NCBI RefSeq assembly: GCF_009914755.1
Contig: NC_060925.1
DNA: 64,000 bases
Direction: 5' to 3' (one strand)
From: the human T2T-CHM13v2.0 reference genome, Homo sapiens
The notes below the pieces were generated by a model. The model did not search any database. It was not told the origin of the DNA and was given only the letters and a program-made list of their open reading frames with translations. A program made the translations under genes and the position numbers. Within the stretch, counting starts at the first letter, position 1. The number at the start of each line of letters is the position of its first letter. Shown in pieces: positions 44,731 through 61,457 of this stretch.

Positions 44731-46234
44731 CTAGAGCACGAGTTACTTATATTGGGAAAAACTAAAAAAGGAGTAAACCTAGGGCAGTGGGAGGAAGAAA
44801 TTAAGGTAAAATACAAAGCAGAGCAGTAATAGAGCTACTTTCTGGGCAGTGTTTGATGGGATGAGGAAAATCTAAGCTGAAGGCATTTGAGCCTTGGAAC
44901 TCAGGTTGCTGGGAAATCACATCCTAAGCCACATTCCCTTAAAAGAGCTAAAACTTTAAAGTGGTTTGCTATGTTTTGATATGTCTTAACATCAAGAGTG
45001 AGTTAGTTGGCAAAACTCAAGCTGTCAACCCATGGGTTAGAAAGAGACTTTAGGTACCCGTGAGAATATTTTACATAAAGTTTACCTAAAGTATTTTCCA
45101 TTTCCTGCTTCTGGAAACATTGTGGGACCTGAATGGAGAAGCCAGAAGTGCAAAGTCATAATAATAATTTTAAAAAACAGTGAGCATTTGAACCAGTCTT
45201 AGAAAAATGAATGTTCTTTGTTGGCATATCTACAATAAAGCAAAACACTTAGCTGAAACATCAGGGAAAGGAAATGATAAATGTCATGGGGTAAAAGATG
45301 GTTAAATACTTAAGTATCTTGATTATATTAATTTGAACCATGAAAAGGAAGTAAGTACTCACTGTCCTTCTGTTTTGATTTGGTATACATTTCCCAGCAT
45401 TCAAATTCTCAGCACAGAAGGTTCTTGCTGTTTTGCTGCACCAAGTTCTTGGAAATCACATACAGATCCCCCTAAAGGAGATTGGAACAGTGCAATATTT
45501 GGGGACTGCATTCTCCACCCAAGGATTTAGCATCAAATGAAAAACAGGTATAACCAAGAGCATAACACAAAAGAGCTTCAGTGGCTCTGGTAAAATTTTA
45601 TTTTTTTAGCTATTTATTATAGAAGGATAAGTTTCACCCTAGTGACTCCTTCATGGACAGAAGCGGAATCCTTTATAACTTCTAAAAAGATCATTCCTCA
45701 GACTGGATTTCTCTCAGTGTCAGATTTTAGGCTACAGTGTTCAAGTCACAAATATGATTGCCCTGAATGCAATCCTGAAAGAGGTGAATTTCCAAATAGG
45801 TCCTTTTGCCAATGGATATCAAGTCTGAATTTCCCGTAAAGGAGATTGTTAGAGACTAAAATAATTTCCCTCTTTAAATGAAATGAGCTTGGACATTGGA
45901 ATCTGAAAGCCCTGAGGTGGAATTTTTGCTATGCCCTTCACAGGCTTTCCAATCTTGGAGAAATTATTTAATCTCTCTTTGTGTGTTTCCTCTTCTGTAC
46001 AGAAAAGATAATACCTACCTCGTGGATTTAATATGGAGGTTCAACAGATAACATGTTTAATGTCTGGCAGTTAGTAAGCATGATAACATTATATGTCAAT
46101 TATATACCTTTTATTTCCTATTTAACCAACACAATTTTTTTGTTTCTTCTGTTTTTATAAATAATTCTATTTTAGTGTGGTACCTCAAATTAGGACAGAA
46201 GTCTCCAAACACCGATAAATTCTTATTCTCAAAA

Positions 46235-46690
46235 GTAAACTTCATTATTCACAATAACCAAGATGTAAAAATAACCAAAATGTCCATTGACAGATGAATA
46301 GAAAAAGAAAATGTAGTATATACACACAATGGAATACTACTCAGCCTTTAAAAAACAGGAAATTCTGCAATATGTGACAACACGGATGAATGAGGACGTT
46401 CTGATAAGTGAAATAAGCCAGTCACAGAAAGATATGTGATTCCATATGTGAAGTATCTAAAGTAGTCAAATTAATAAAATCAAAGAGAACACTGGTGGTT
46501 GCCAGGGGCTGGGGGGAGGGGAAATGGCGAGCTGTTAATACTAATCAATGGGCATAAAGTTTCTGTTTGCAACATGAGTAAGCTTTAAAGATCTGCTGTA
46601 CAACATTGTACCTATAGTTACCCAAACTGTATGGTATGCTTAAAATTTTAAGCGGGTAGATCTTATATTGTGCTCTTACCAAAATAACAT
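46235..46690 (+). mobile_element. L1M (MA/MB) 3' end
   Basis: AAATGTCCATTGACAGATGAATAG...GATCTGCTGTACAACATTGTACCTATAGTTA. Confidence 0.85.
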
Positions 46691-47469
46691 GTTTAAAAAT
46701 CATAAAGTCATTATCATAGCTATCAAATTTGATTGTCATCTCTATTGCTAATATTAGTAGCTGTCATCTATTGAGTGCTAATTCCTGCCCAGTACCATGA
46801 TTAGTGTTTGCCACTCTTACATGCTTCCCCAGCAATCCTGTGAAGCAAGATACTGTTCTTTTCCCCATTCTCAAGATGAGAAAACAGAAGGATTAAGTAA
46901 GTTTCTTGTGGTCACCCAGCTTACAAGTGACAGAGCCGGGATACAGACTCAGGCACCCTGACTTCAGTGCCATGCTCCCAACCACTATGATTCTGAAGTA
47001 TTATTTTTATATTCTAGTACTATATTAATATGATTGTCTGCCCTTGAGAGGAGTCATTTATTGCCTTAATAACCAATGACAGATCTCCTCCAAAAAAGTA
47101 GAGATTGGACGTGGAAAATGTAACCTAGGAGGATGTTTCTATTTCTTATGTTTGTTTCTTTTTTCTTTTGCCTTTTCCTATAATAAAACCAGATATTTGA
47201 GTGGAGATTCTATGTCATTTGCAGAAAAGTGAGTGGGTGGAAATAATCCATAATGTTTAACTTTTTTAATTATTTAAGATTATATATCACTGAAGAAAAT
47301 CTCATTTGATCCCTGCAAACCCTTTCCCATTCCCCTTATTTAATTCTGTGAGTCAAAGAAAAGAAAGGTCCAGAATAGTTATTATATCAGCTTAGTTCTT
47401 ATTATTAATACCATGCTTTCACTCCCTTGGATATTTTCTGTATTTAATCCGTTTACATGCTTTTTGCGT

Positions 47470-47586
47470 GTTGCCATAGTAAAGCTCATTCCGTGATGTG
47501 AGAGACCCTAGTGCTGAAGAAGGTTTTCTTAGCGTTAAACCTCGCATTTTCATTTCCGCATTTTATCTTGGTGTTACCAGGGCAAC
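47470..47586. promoter_or_regulatory. Candidate intronic enhancer: RFX X-boxes plus an ETS-IRF composite
   Basis: GTTGCCATAGTAAA 47470-47483; TTTCATTTCC 47548-47557; GTTACCAGGGCAAC 47573-47586; local CpG retention. Confidence 0.45.
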
Positions 47587-48282
47587 CCAAATAATTTCAT
47601 TTTCTCTTCGAAGTTGATGCCCTTAGCCTGTTATACCCTCATGCTGACTCATTCATGTTCTTGCCATTTTTTTTCTAGTGTAATTCTGGTAACTACTTTC
47701 TTTACAACATATGTTTTCTGCTTTTCTTTCTATAATCATAGCAGCTAATGCATTGTTGGAGTAGTGGTTAAATATTTGGAGGGATTACAAATCCCACTGA
47801 AGATTGGAAAAGAGCTGTGGACTTTCTCTTCAGAAAAATGTCAATTTAAAAAATAATGAATGAAAATATTGAATATATAGAAGTTTATTCAAGTATCTCT
47901 TTACAAATCTATTTGGTTCTTAGCTTTTGAATAGCAAGTTGCAAGAGTTTATACAGCAAGGAATTTATCAAAAAAACTATCTGAATCTATTCCATCTTTA
48001 AATTTAGATTGTGAAAGTAAAGGTACCTGTTTATTTCTGTTTTCATATCTTCATCCCAGGGCAGTCCCATGCTTGGTTTTATACCCTGTTTGTCTCTGGC
48101 ATGTCTCTTGGCAAACCACCTGCAGGAGTTAAAAAGCTAGTTGGTATGCATCTTTTCCAGTGCTGGCCTGGCTTATGCAAGCCCCTTGGGTTTGAATCAG
48201 TATAAAGAGCTGAAGAGCAAAGAAAGGGGATAATACATTTTTTGGTTTCCTTGTTTATAGATCTGTTACTCACATATGCTCT

Positions 48283-48433
48283 TTTTTTTCTTTCTTTTTA
48301 TTTTTTTGAGATGGGGTCTGGCTCTGTCACCCAGGCTGGAGTGCAGTGGCTATTCATGGGTACCATCATAGCTCACTGCATCCTTAAACTCCTGGTCTCA
48401 AATGATTCTCCCACCTCAGCCACCCCAGTAGTC
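48283..48433 (-). mobile_element. Alu monomer (FLAM/FAM-like)
   Basis: Poly-T plus a single diverged arm. Confidence 0.8.
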
Positions 48434-51400
48434 ACATATTCTACTATAGCTTTTTATTTATCTTCTATCCCCAGTGCTTGGCACTTAGTAGTTAGGTAAA
48501 ATGTGTTGAAAAAGGTTAGGGAGGGAAGAAGGTTAGAGAGGAGGAAAGGAGAAAAGGAAAGAGGAAGGGCATACTCAAGGAAGGGAAGAAAAAGAGAAAA
48601 GTGAAAAACAGATCAAAGGAGACTATCCTCTGAGCAAAGACAATCTCTGTGCATAGCTCAGAAGTCAGTTCCTAAGGAGGAATTCTAGGTGGATTTCGAG
48701 TGAGGGGCCCTCATGGCAGGCTGACACACATTTGGATAAATGCAGGAGAGTAAAGACATGGTTGACCCACATGTTGCTGCGTGTGTTCAGTCTCAGGAGA
48801 TTGTTGAGCAGCCCATGACCGGTGATGACCATCCCACTGAGATTCTAACGGCCTTCAGTGCCTGTCATGAGAATTTTGTGAACTTGGTACAAACATAGGC
48901 TATTGAGCCAGATTTTAACATGGAATTAATGTGGAGGCATTAATGATGTTTACGCTGAATTAATGTGGAGGCATTGTGTGGAGGATGACCAAGTATAGGT
49001 CAGAGTCAGTTTGCATGTTCTAGAAGGCAGTTTTCTCCATTTAACAGCCACATGCAAGGTGAAGCTGTGAAGCTTTACATGAATCTGCAGAAAGCATGGG
49101 TAGATTTTCACACATACCGTACAAAACAACTTTTGGTGAATGAGTCTTGTGACTTTTTGCCAGTTCCATCTAAGAGCATGTCATGTGTTGCCCTCCTTGT
49201 CTCAGATCATCTGGACTGGCTCAGGCTACCCCTATCCTTATGTCTCTACAGATAGAAAATGACAGGGCCCAACCTTATTCAAAATAAACAGAAACAAAAC
49301 ATTTATGAGTAATGGATAGCAAAATGAAACATTTTAAGAGGGGAAAAACAAACAACAAAAAAAGCCATTACGTTGCAGACCCTTCACTCTGTCTGAAATG
49401 TTCTCCTGGCCTTGGCCTCCAATTTTACCTAGCTAACTGTTACTACTTATACTATACTTCATACTTCCATGCAAGCATCACTTCCTAAACCCCCAGTAGT
49501 TCAGGTCCTAACGTATACTGTCAGAGTGACCTACACTTCTACTTCATCATGCTTGTCACAATTGTGATTAAATGGTTGTGTGTCATTGTTTACTGTCTGT
49601 CTTTCCACCATAATGCATGATTCATGAAGACGGGGATTATGTCTCTCTTACTCATCACTTTATTCACATTAATGAGCTCAATACCTTGCAGATAGAGCTA
49701 TTCTAATACTTATAGAAAGAATAAATAAAGTTCCAGGCATTGTGGTAAGTGCTAGGAATATAAAGCTTTCAAAGACACCGCATCTGTCCTTTGGAAACGT
49801 TGTACTCCAGTAGCTATCTCCATTGATAATCTATTCAGCCTCTAGAAACAGAAAGACCAAGGATACATTAAGATCCTAGAACTTTCTCCACCCCCATTCC
49901 CCTACATCCCATGTCTTTCTCACGATAATCCCAAGACTGGCCGTGCTTGTGTCCAAGGATGTGGAATAGAAATGAACCAACTTATCTTTCCACCAATTTC
50001 CATTTCTTCGTTGACTGGATATTTATTTATTTATTTATTTATTTATTTTTGTAGAAACAATTTTAATTTATATCTGTGTTACCTAATGTTTTAGGTTTCT
50101 AAAACATTAGGCTGTGTTAAGTTTTTAAGATGGGTCATTGGAAAAGAAGATCAAACATTACAAGAACAAGTAAAAACAAACATCCCCACAGTTGTTTCAT
50201 AAACCCTGTCCTTTCCCTTGGCCCTAAGCCTACTTTCCACTGCCCAAAACATCATCTACTTCATTCCTAAGTCCTTCTTCAGAACTTCCAAAGATCTCTC
50301 TTCTTTGAAGTGTTGGACTTTTAAAAGTGTTTTTTCTTCTTTCTTCCATACTTTTTTCTACTTGTCTAAAGTTTTAATTGAATTCCTATGACCTTTCTAT
50401 GCTATTTTTTATTTTTTAGCATTTGTGATTAATATATTTAAACCTCCCAATTTAACAACTTTTGAGCCAGTTTTGCTCTTTTCAAGCACCCGCAATCCGC
50501 CTTTTTAATCCTCCTGATGAAGTTGCTGAGAAAAATCAGTTCTGAAATCAGCTTTAGATGTCACCTTGCAAGTTGATACATTACTAGACTTCCATAGGTT
50601 TTCAACCGTTTAAAAAAATATATCTGCAAGGTCTAGATATCTTTGAGATGGTTTTCTCAGGAAGACCTCATCTGGCTCCAAGCCACCTTTCTTACTAATA
50701 ATAGCAACTCCAAGTGATTTCAAAATACTGTACCGTTTGTCAATGAAGATGGCACTGTTTTTGGTCTTGTTCCAAGTTAGCTGATGAGCTTTATATTTCT
50801 TCCTCTACTTTTTTTTCTGACATAGGATGCAAATTAATAAATCCAAGATATTACACTTAGACCATTCTTGTAACTTTCTTTTTAATTGCTCATCTATTTA
50901 CCCAATAAATATATATTGAGCACCTACTATATGCCAATTACTGTGAAGTGTTGGGAAAACAGTGGTGAACAAAACAAATTATTTCTGCCTTCATGGACCT
51001 TATAGCCTAGGGAAGACCAATGTAAATCCAAGAGCACAAATGAATGGAAAGTACTCTCTGACAGAGGTCATCAGGGGGTATCCTCAATGAGAGCCTGAAA
51101 CTCTGGATGTGACGGAGTCAGAGAGATTGGGGACAGCTTCCCTGAGCAAGTGGTGCTAGAACCTGGGTCTGCGGTATGCATAGGAGTTAACAAAGCAAGG
51201 TGGGTGGGTATTGAAAGAACGTTCCAGTTGTAGGATTAGTACCAAAAGGCCCCTGCCACTATTATTTATGTCTTCTTTGTGATGACTTTTCAGGATCTAC
51301 ATAGACTGTTGGCCTTTGCTATCATGCAATGTATGTTACCTAGTTTCACTATTTCTTTTTGAGGGAGGATAGGTTTTTTATCTTTTTAAATTAAAGAACA

Positions 51401-54400
51401 TATCTATCTTCAGAAACAATGTATTTTAATTAAATGATTCATATTTTCCGAGAATATTTTTCGTATAGATGTTCGGCACAATGTAGATTTGAGAGACCAG
51501 TAACATTTGGCTATTTCCACCTAGAGCCTTCCTATAAAGAAACTTTTCATGCCCTTTCTCAGCTTCTAGAATGTGTGACTCTATGAGCATCAAATGTGTT
51601 TGCATTAGATATTTAGCTCTGCTGTGAATAAAGAAAACTTAGAAGAGGGAACTCATAAAATGTCTAACTTGGAAAAGATGGCCATTAAATCAGTATGTTA
51701 AATATAGAGCCAAACCCAGCAATTATTTCTCCTTTAGATACAAAGCCTTGCATTAAATATTCATTAGCTGGACAGACAAAACCTAACATTCTGATTTTTA
51801 GGTACATTCTTATCAGTTTTAATGCTCCTGAAGGGCCATTTTTCCTGGAGGCTGGAGGACCTGAAATTTTTCCTTCCATCACAAACTTTACTGAGCTCAT
51901 CCAACAGGAAAGACCAATCAACAGCTGGCATGAGATGGAGGGCAGCCTTCTTGAAAAGCTCCAAAGATAATTAGTCAACCGTTAGTGTTTTTCTGCAATT
52001 ATCAAACTTTCATGGTCCCTGATTCTAGATGGTACATTTTAAAGGTAGATTCCTGTAAAGATTAGCTTAACTGAAAAGGAAGATAAAAATGATCATACTC
52101 TAAACCCATTAGTCTTTCAGTCTCTCACTTTAAACATCAGTCTCTTGGTTTCTGTGCAGTGTTACTTTGTTTCCTAGTTTTTTATGTTTAACCTGGCTGG
52201 AAATTTTAAATTTTACCCCTATTTAACAAAAACAAAAACAAGTGAAAAAGTGTTTGACAAAAAGTTGCTTTAGCTTCCTTGTCACACTTTTTGGTTGACA
52301 GTTTGTATAAGTACCAGTCTACCATCTATTTTTATGGAAAGGTATTTGAAAAACAAGCTACATTTCTTGTCAGAACAGAAAAGACAACTTTCTCCCTATG
52401 AAATCATTAAGAGTTCAACTCAAAAAAACAAAAAAACAAAAACAAAAACAAAAAACCTTTTTTTGAGTATTCTAGGCCCCAGAGCAAGGAATATAAAATA
52501 AAAGGTGACCCCTTGCCTTTTCAGAAAACTGTAAATTCCAGAAGTTACAAAATAAACAAGAAACTTTAGTTTTAATGCTCTTGAGGGCAGGAGTCTTCTT
52601 GCCTTCCGCACCCTCCTCTCCTTGCTGCCCTTCATCAGAAAGAAAGCAGCATTCCCCGCACATGGCTTTGCCAGCTCCTGTCATGCCTGGGTTTTCTGGG
52701 CTGCGCTGTGTGTTCATGGTGTGCCTGCTGCTTAGAACCCTGTGCCCTCTTTGTTCAAGGGGTAAAACTGGATTGGAGGTAAACCTCAGTCTCTTTCTGT
52801 ACATTGAAGGAAGAGATCAATGATCTTCAAACCAATCATTACAGATTTCCCCAGTTGAATTTGACTTAGCTTTTGGATGTTGAGACTGATAAGGTGATTG
52901 AAAACCTGGCCTTAACCACAGCCAATGATATTGAGAGTTCAAGGAGAAACACACAGCCTTTTCAAGGGTTTAGAATCCGATTGGGATTGGGAGGAGGTGT
53001 GTATCCACGCTACCTCATGGAAGAGTGTTTCTAGTTTAAAGGAGACAGAAAAGAAAAAAAAGAAACTGGAGTGAAGAGGTGACTAAGAAGGCCAGTAAGA
53101 TGCAGAGAGCTGAGCCATTTCTGAGAGAGACTATAGGTATACTCAGAATAATAGATATATGGAAAGAAATGACTGACATTTGAGGATAATCGTTTATGAA
53201 CAGTTTTTGAAGGACTATTAGATCTCAGCTTAGCCTCATTTCAGTAAGGATTTCTGAATTTAAATGTACTTGAATTGTGCGGAATAGGCATTAAATAATT
53301 ATTAGTATCATATACATATAGCTGAAACTATTTGACAAAAATCCCAAAGAAATTAAAGCTTTCTTTTAAGATCTCAGTGAGATTTAGAAAAGCAATATTC
53401 CAAACCATTATTTTGTTAATAATACTTTAATGTTTAGATTTGTTTTCTATCACCTGTTTCTTAATAGGTTCATGTTCTGACAAGGTAGTCACAACATTTG
53501 GCCATTTTCTTGGGTACAAGCTAAGACCTCAGAAGACATTACTGATCAACACATCCTGTTTAGCAGTAGTGACAGAACATTGTGCATTAAAAATTCAATG
53601 ATATTTAACTTTGAAATTATAAATTATTCCTGACTTCTTTCCTCATCTCAAACATTCTCTTCAGTAGTGGATGTTCTTTGAATAATCATTATTTACAACA
53701 AGGAGCTATTTGGTAATAGTCTCTCTCTTATTTATTGCAATGTCAGGGTCTATCTAAGGGGATAATAACGTAATGAAAGAGTTGGTCCTTACTACAAAAT
53801 GCTCGATTGGGTGTGTCTTTATCTGTGTGGGTGATAAGCATGGATAAGTCGATTTTAGTGTAACCAATTTGTATTGAGGGCTGCTTCTAAGACACTGTGC
53901 TACTTTCTTGAAGATACAGAGATGAGATATAAATTCTATCCTTGGTAAAATAAAAATACTGTAACAACGTCTTTAAATGCACCATTGGCACAGGAAACAA
54001 TAATCAACCCCATTTACAAAGGAGTTTCAATTCATATTTTTATAAGAATTTCTTCAATGAATATTCTCCCGTGAGTGTATATGTGGGTGAGGGATTCTCT
54101 CAGCACCTAGCACAGAGCCTGACATACAATTCCCTCTCATAATTTATAGCAAGCACATGAGTGAATGAAAGTGAATTATGCTTGTGAGAGGGAAAAAGCA
54201 GCTACTGATCATAGATTTTTAGTGAATTCAAAGGCCTGTGGCTACAATAATATAGGTAACTGTGGAAACTGTCATGTAAAGCAAAAGCCTTGAAATGTAC
54301 AGCCTGAAGCACACACAATTAAAAGGATTTTTCTTTAAATATGTGAAGAGCATAATCAGAAACGAGTAATATCGTCATTGTTTGAGAGAACTAAAATTGC

Positions 54401-55655
54401 TAGGTAGAAGTACTTTTGCCACACCCACCAACACCCTTAGAAAAATAGGTTAAGCTCAACTTGAAGACTTTCCAAATAATGTAATTGGTCCATTAATTGA
54501 ACATACAATATCATGGAGATATCCAAGGAAAAGATGGAAGTATTCATTGGGTTGCAAGTTCCGCTTACCTCTTAAGATTCCTTTGAGTCAAAAGTTCTAT
54601 CATTTTATGATGCTATGAGGACAGTATAGCTTAAGAATCATTTAAATGTGTTAATGTTCGTTTATTTTTTCTTTTATATTGTCAAATAAGAAACATGAAA
54701 AGAGAAATTTGAGTACAGGAAAAGTTCTATTTAAACTCTTTGTTTCTTAGCACAGTTTAACTTCTTTCAGTTACAGTCAGCATCATGTGGTATTAGCAAA
54801 GAGCTCTAGATGGAAAGAAAAAGATTTGGTTAAAAGTTATAGTTCACCATTAGCTGTGTTCCTTGGGCAAGTCACCTAATCTCTCTTGGCTCAGGATTTT
54901 CACCCGTAAAGTAAGGGGTCTGGACTGGATGATCTCTTTGACCTTTTTCAGGTCCTAAAATTTTATAACCCATTTATGCTTTTCTCATTTAATTAAATAC
55001 ATTTCTACAGAACCATATAATTATGTTCTGCTTCAGTGGATTTTTCCAGAAATATTTTGTCATGAATGCCAAAACTGTACAATAAAACACAATCTACAGT
55101 CATGCTCTCCCAAGGGAGAAAGGTATAATTTTTATGTAATTGGGAAATTTTGCCTTTTTTCTCCTGCTTTTTATTTCCATCTTTTCACTGCCAAAAGAAA
55201 AGCAATTTGTTTTACAACTGATGTTTTCAGCATATTCTGATGACTTTTTGATTTGTGGAGACTTTGGGTACAACTGAAAAGAACTCATAAATTTAAAATC
55301 ATGGCATTTCTGTTCGTTACCTCTTTTGCCCTTGTTCACACTGGCTTTAGCTATGCTAATGTCCTGGCCCTGTGTGTGGGATCTTCCTACCATGACAGTG
55401 TCAGACATATACTTTGCTTTTAGCTTCAGTAATAAAAATTGCAAAAGCAATTATATCCCACTTTCTTAACTAAAATTACTATGTATTCACCCATTTATTC
55501 ATCAAACATTAGTTGAGTATCTAATACATGCCAGGCATTATTTTCTAGGTACTTGTAACACATCGATGAACACAATAGAACTGAAAAATTAAGTTCTGCC
55601 ATCATGAAACTTGCATTCTTGTGGAAGTAGAGATGCAATACATCAAGAAACACAA

Positions 55656-56016
<361 letters not shown>

Positions 56017-56507
56017 TCAAGGATGACTCCAAGATTTGTGGCCTAAGCAACTGGAAAGATAGACTTGCTATTTACTGAATAGGAAAGCTGTAAGTGGAGA
56101 AGGGTTTGCTGTGGGGATGGGGAATAGGGGACTGGGACAGGAGTAGGTTTTGGACAGGCCAAGTTTGATGTGTCTAGTGGATATCCAAGAGGAGATGTCG
56201 AGTACGTAGTGGGAACTCTGAGTCTGGATGGAGATATGAATTTGTGAAGCGTCAAGTATAGTTGGTATTGAAACATTGAGGCCAGATGCAATCACAAGGG
56301 GAGTGAATGCATTAGGGAAGACAAGAGGACCTAAGAGTAAGCATTGGGATGTTCCAAACAAGGGGGTCGGGGAGAAGAGGAGGAAACAACAAAGGAATAG
56401 CCAGGGAAGTAGAAGGAAAACCAAAAGGCTGTGGTGTCCTTTAAAAGCCAAGGGAGAAATGGTCAAATTACATGAAGTGCTGCTCATAAATAAGATGAGG
56501 AATGAAA

Positions 56508-56887
<380 letters not shown>

Positions 56888-57315
56888 CTATTTCATGTGC
56901 TCAGGAACTATTAAATTGTTTTGTATTCGTTTTGATCAGGGCCATTCACTGGGTTACTGACAGGCTACCTACCATCATTTGAAATTGGTTCTTGTTTTCT
57001 TGAATGATATATGATTGTGCTAAAGGTGATACTATTTACCCACTGTCAGAAAAATGTGGAATAAAACAAATGTTAACTCTACCCACCTGATAGCCACAAA
57101 ACAGTGTTAGCAATCGTGTTGGAATCACACTAGAATAAGTTTCATATTCTTTAGGTCATGGATTGATAAATAGAGCAGAATACATTCTGGGATATTAATT
57201 CTAGGCAAGAAACACAAAAATTATCCTGGGGAGGAGGATGGGAACATATTATTTTAGGAAGAGCCATATAAATAAAATAAACTCTATGTTTGTACCTAAC
57301 TTTACCAATATTCTT

Positions 57316-57612
<297 letters not shown>

Positions 57613-57785
57613 AACTTTACCAATATTCTTTACCAAAATATATATCTTTGAGAAGTAAAGTTATGTGGAATATGGATCTACTAAAATAGTTTTTTGTAAT
57701 AGTTTTTTTTTTTTCTGGTCTGGAGATGGCCACAGGATATTTGAATTGGTAGTTGATAAGTGCCAGGTGTTTCATGCTTTCATGC

Positions 57786-58095
57786 TTTTTTTTTTTTTTT
57801 TTTTTTCTGTTTTGAGATGGAGCCTCACTCTGTCTCCCAGGCTGGAGTGCAGTAGTATGATCCCAGCTCGCTGCAACCTCTGACTCCCGGGTTCAAGCAA
57901 TTCTTCTGCCTCAGCCACATGAGTAGCTGTGATTATAGGTACACACCACCACATCTGGCTAAGTTTTGTATTTTTAGTAGAGATGGGATTTTACCATGTT
58001 GGCCAGGCTGGTCTTAAACCTCTGATCTCAAGTGATCCACCCACCTCGGCCTCCCAAAATGCTGGGATTACAGGCATGAGCCACTGCACCCAGCC
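57786..58095 (-). mobile_element. Alu (AluSx/Sz-like)
   Basis: Reverse Alu dimer. Confidence 0.94.
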
Positions 58096-58696
58096 TACAA
58101 TAAGTATTTTAAATAAGGAAATGAATCTGAATGTCTGCAAAAGGTTACCGAAGCAGAGATGTAATAATTTTCATTTTTAAAATTAGGATACCAGAATCTC
58201 TTGATTTAATTAAAAATATTATACTTCCAAAGACATTACTAATAAGATAAATTAAAATCCTTTGTAGCAAGTTGAAAATCAAGGTTGGAGGAAATATAAA
58301 ATAGAAAAATGTTTAACTAGAAATAAAATTATGCTGATTGATCTTTATCTCCCTATTTAAACCCAGTAGTTTATTCAGAAGTGGCTCCCTTAGCTTGAAA
58401 TGATAACTCTTGAAATTGTCGCAAATCACTTAGAAATGACAGCAGCAATGAAAGAGCAATTGATCAAGTGTGGCTGTCACTTTTTCAGAGGAACTGAAAG
58501 TTGTGAAAGAGAAGTACAAAAAAAGTTTTCATTGAGCAAGCAAAAGGTCTATCTACCTTCTCTTTAGATTTGTAGTTTTTTATTCAAGTCTTCCCTTACT
58601 CACCTTTTTGCATCAAAAACATTAAGGATTAATGCTGTGTTAGATATTGGTTTGGGGCCTTGTAATATGTTAATTCAATAAAATCTGGTACATCTG

Positions 58697-59047
58697 TGTA
58701 TTTGTCTGTCCTCACGCTGCTAATAAAGACATGCCTGAGACTGGGTCATTTATAAAGAAAAAGGTTTAATGGACTCACAGTTCCACATGGCCTCACAATC
58801 ATGGTGGAAGGTGAAGGAGGGGCAAAGGCACATCTTACATGGTGGCAGGCAAGAGAGTGTGTGCAGGAGAACTGCCCTTTATAAAACCACCAGATCTCAT
58901 GAGACATTCACTTTCATGAGAACAGCATGGGAAAAACCTGCCCCCATGATTTAATTACCTCCCACCAGGTCCCTCCGATGACACAGGGGGATTATGGGAG
59001 CTACAGTTCACATGAGATTTGTGTGGGGACACAGCCAAACCATATCA
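58697..59047 (-). mobile_element. Solo THE1 (MaLR) LTR
   Basis: Ends GGGGACACAGCCAAACCATATCA, the reverse complement of the THE1 start; perfect 5-bp TSD ATCTG at 58692-58696 and 59048-59052. Confidence 0.93.
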
Positions 59048-59140
59048 ATCTGTATATATATTTATATGTAGGATACATGTACATATGTAGACATGTAGAC
59101 ATACATGCACATACGCATTTACTGAAAAGAATTTAAATGC

Positions 59141-59452
<312 letters not shown>

Positions 59453-59708
59453 CTAAACTTTGCCATCTTGACCAGCTGATTCCCTATCAAGTCTTATATT
59501 CTATCTTATCTAGACTGTGCCAATATTAAGAAGCAGTAGATAATACTTATATTTCTTAGATGCCTTAGTTTGACTTTATTTCCCATATTAAAAGCATGAG
59601 GTCTGTGAAGCAACTCAGACAAGGACCCAGAGAACCTCACCTGTTGTGAGTATTCAGGTCTTTGTTTTTTCAAAGGAAGACTTAGATAAAGGAACAGTGA
59701 CCCTCTAC

Positions 59709-61457
<1,749 letters not shown>

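Noticed and set aside
48923-48975. Repeat-spacer-repeat pattern as a CRISPR-like array
   Set aside because: Only two copies, in a human intron, with no cas genes.
51695-51970. 91-aa ATG ORF in unique sequence with a possible acceptor at ~51802
   Set aside because: No recognisable homology and no convincing donor; the length is within chance expectation for 64 kb in six frames.
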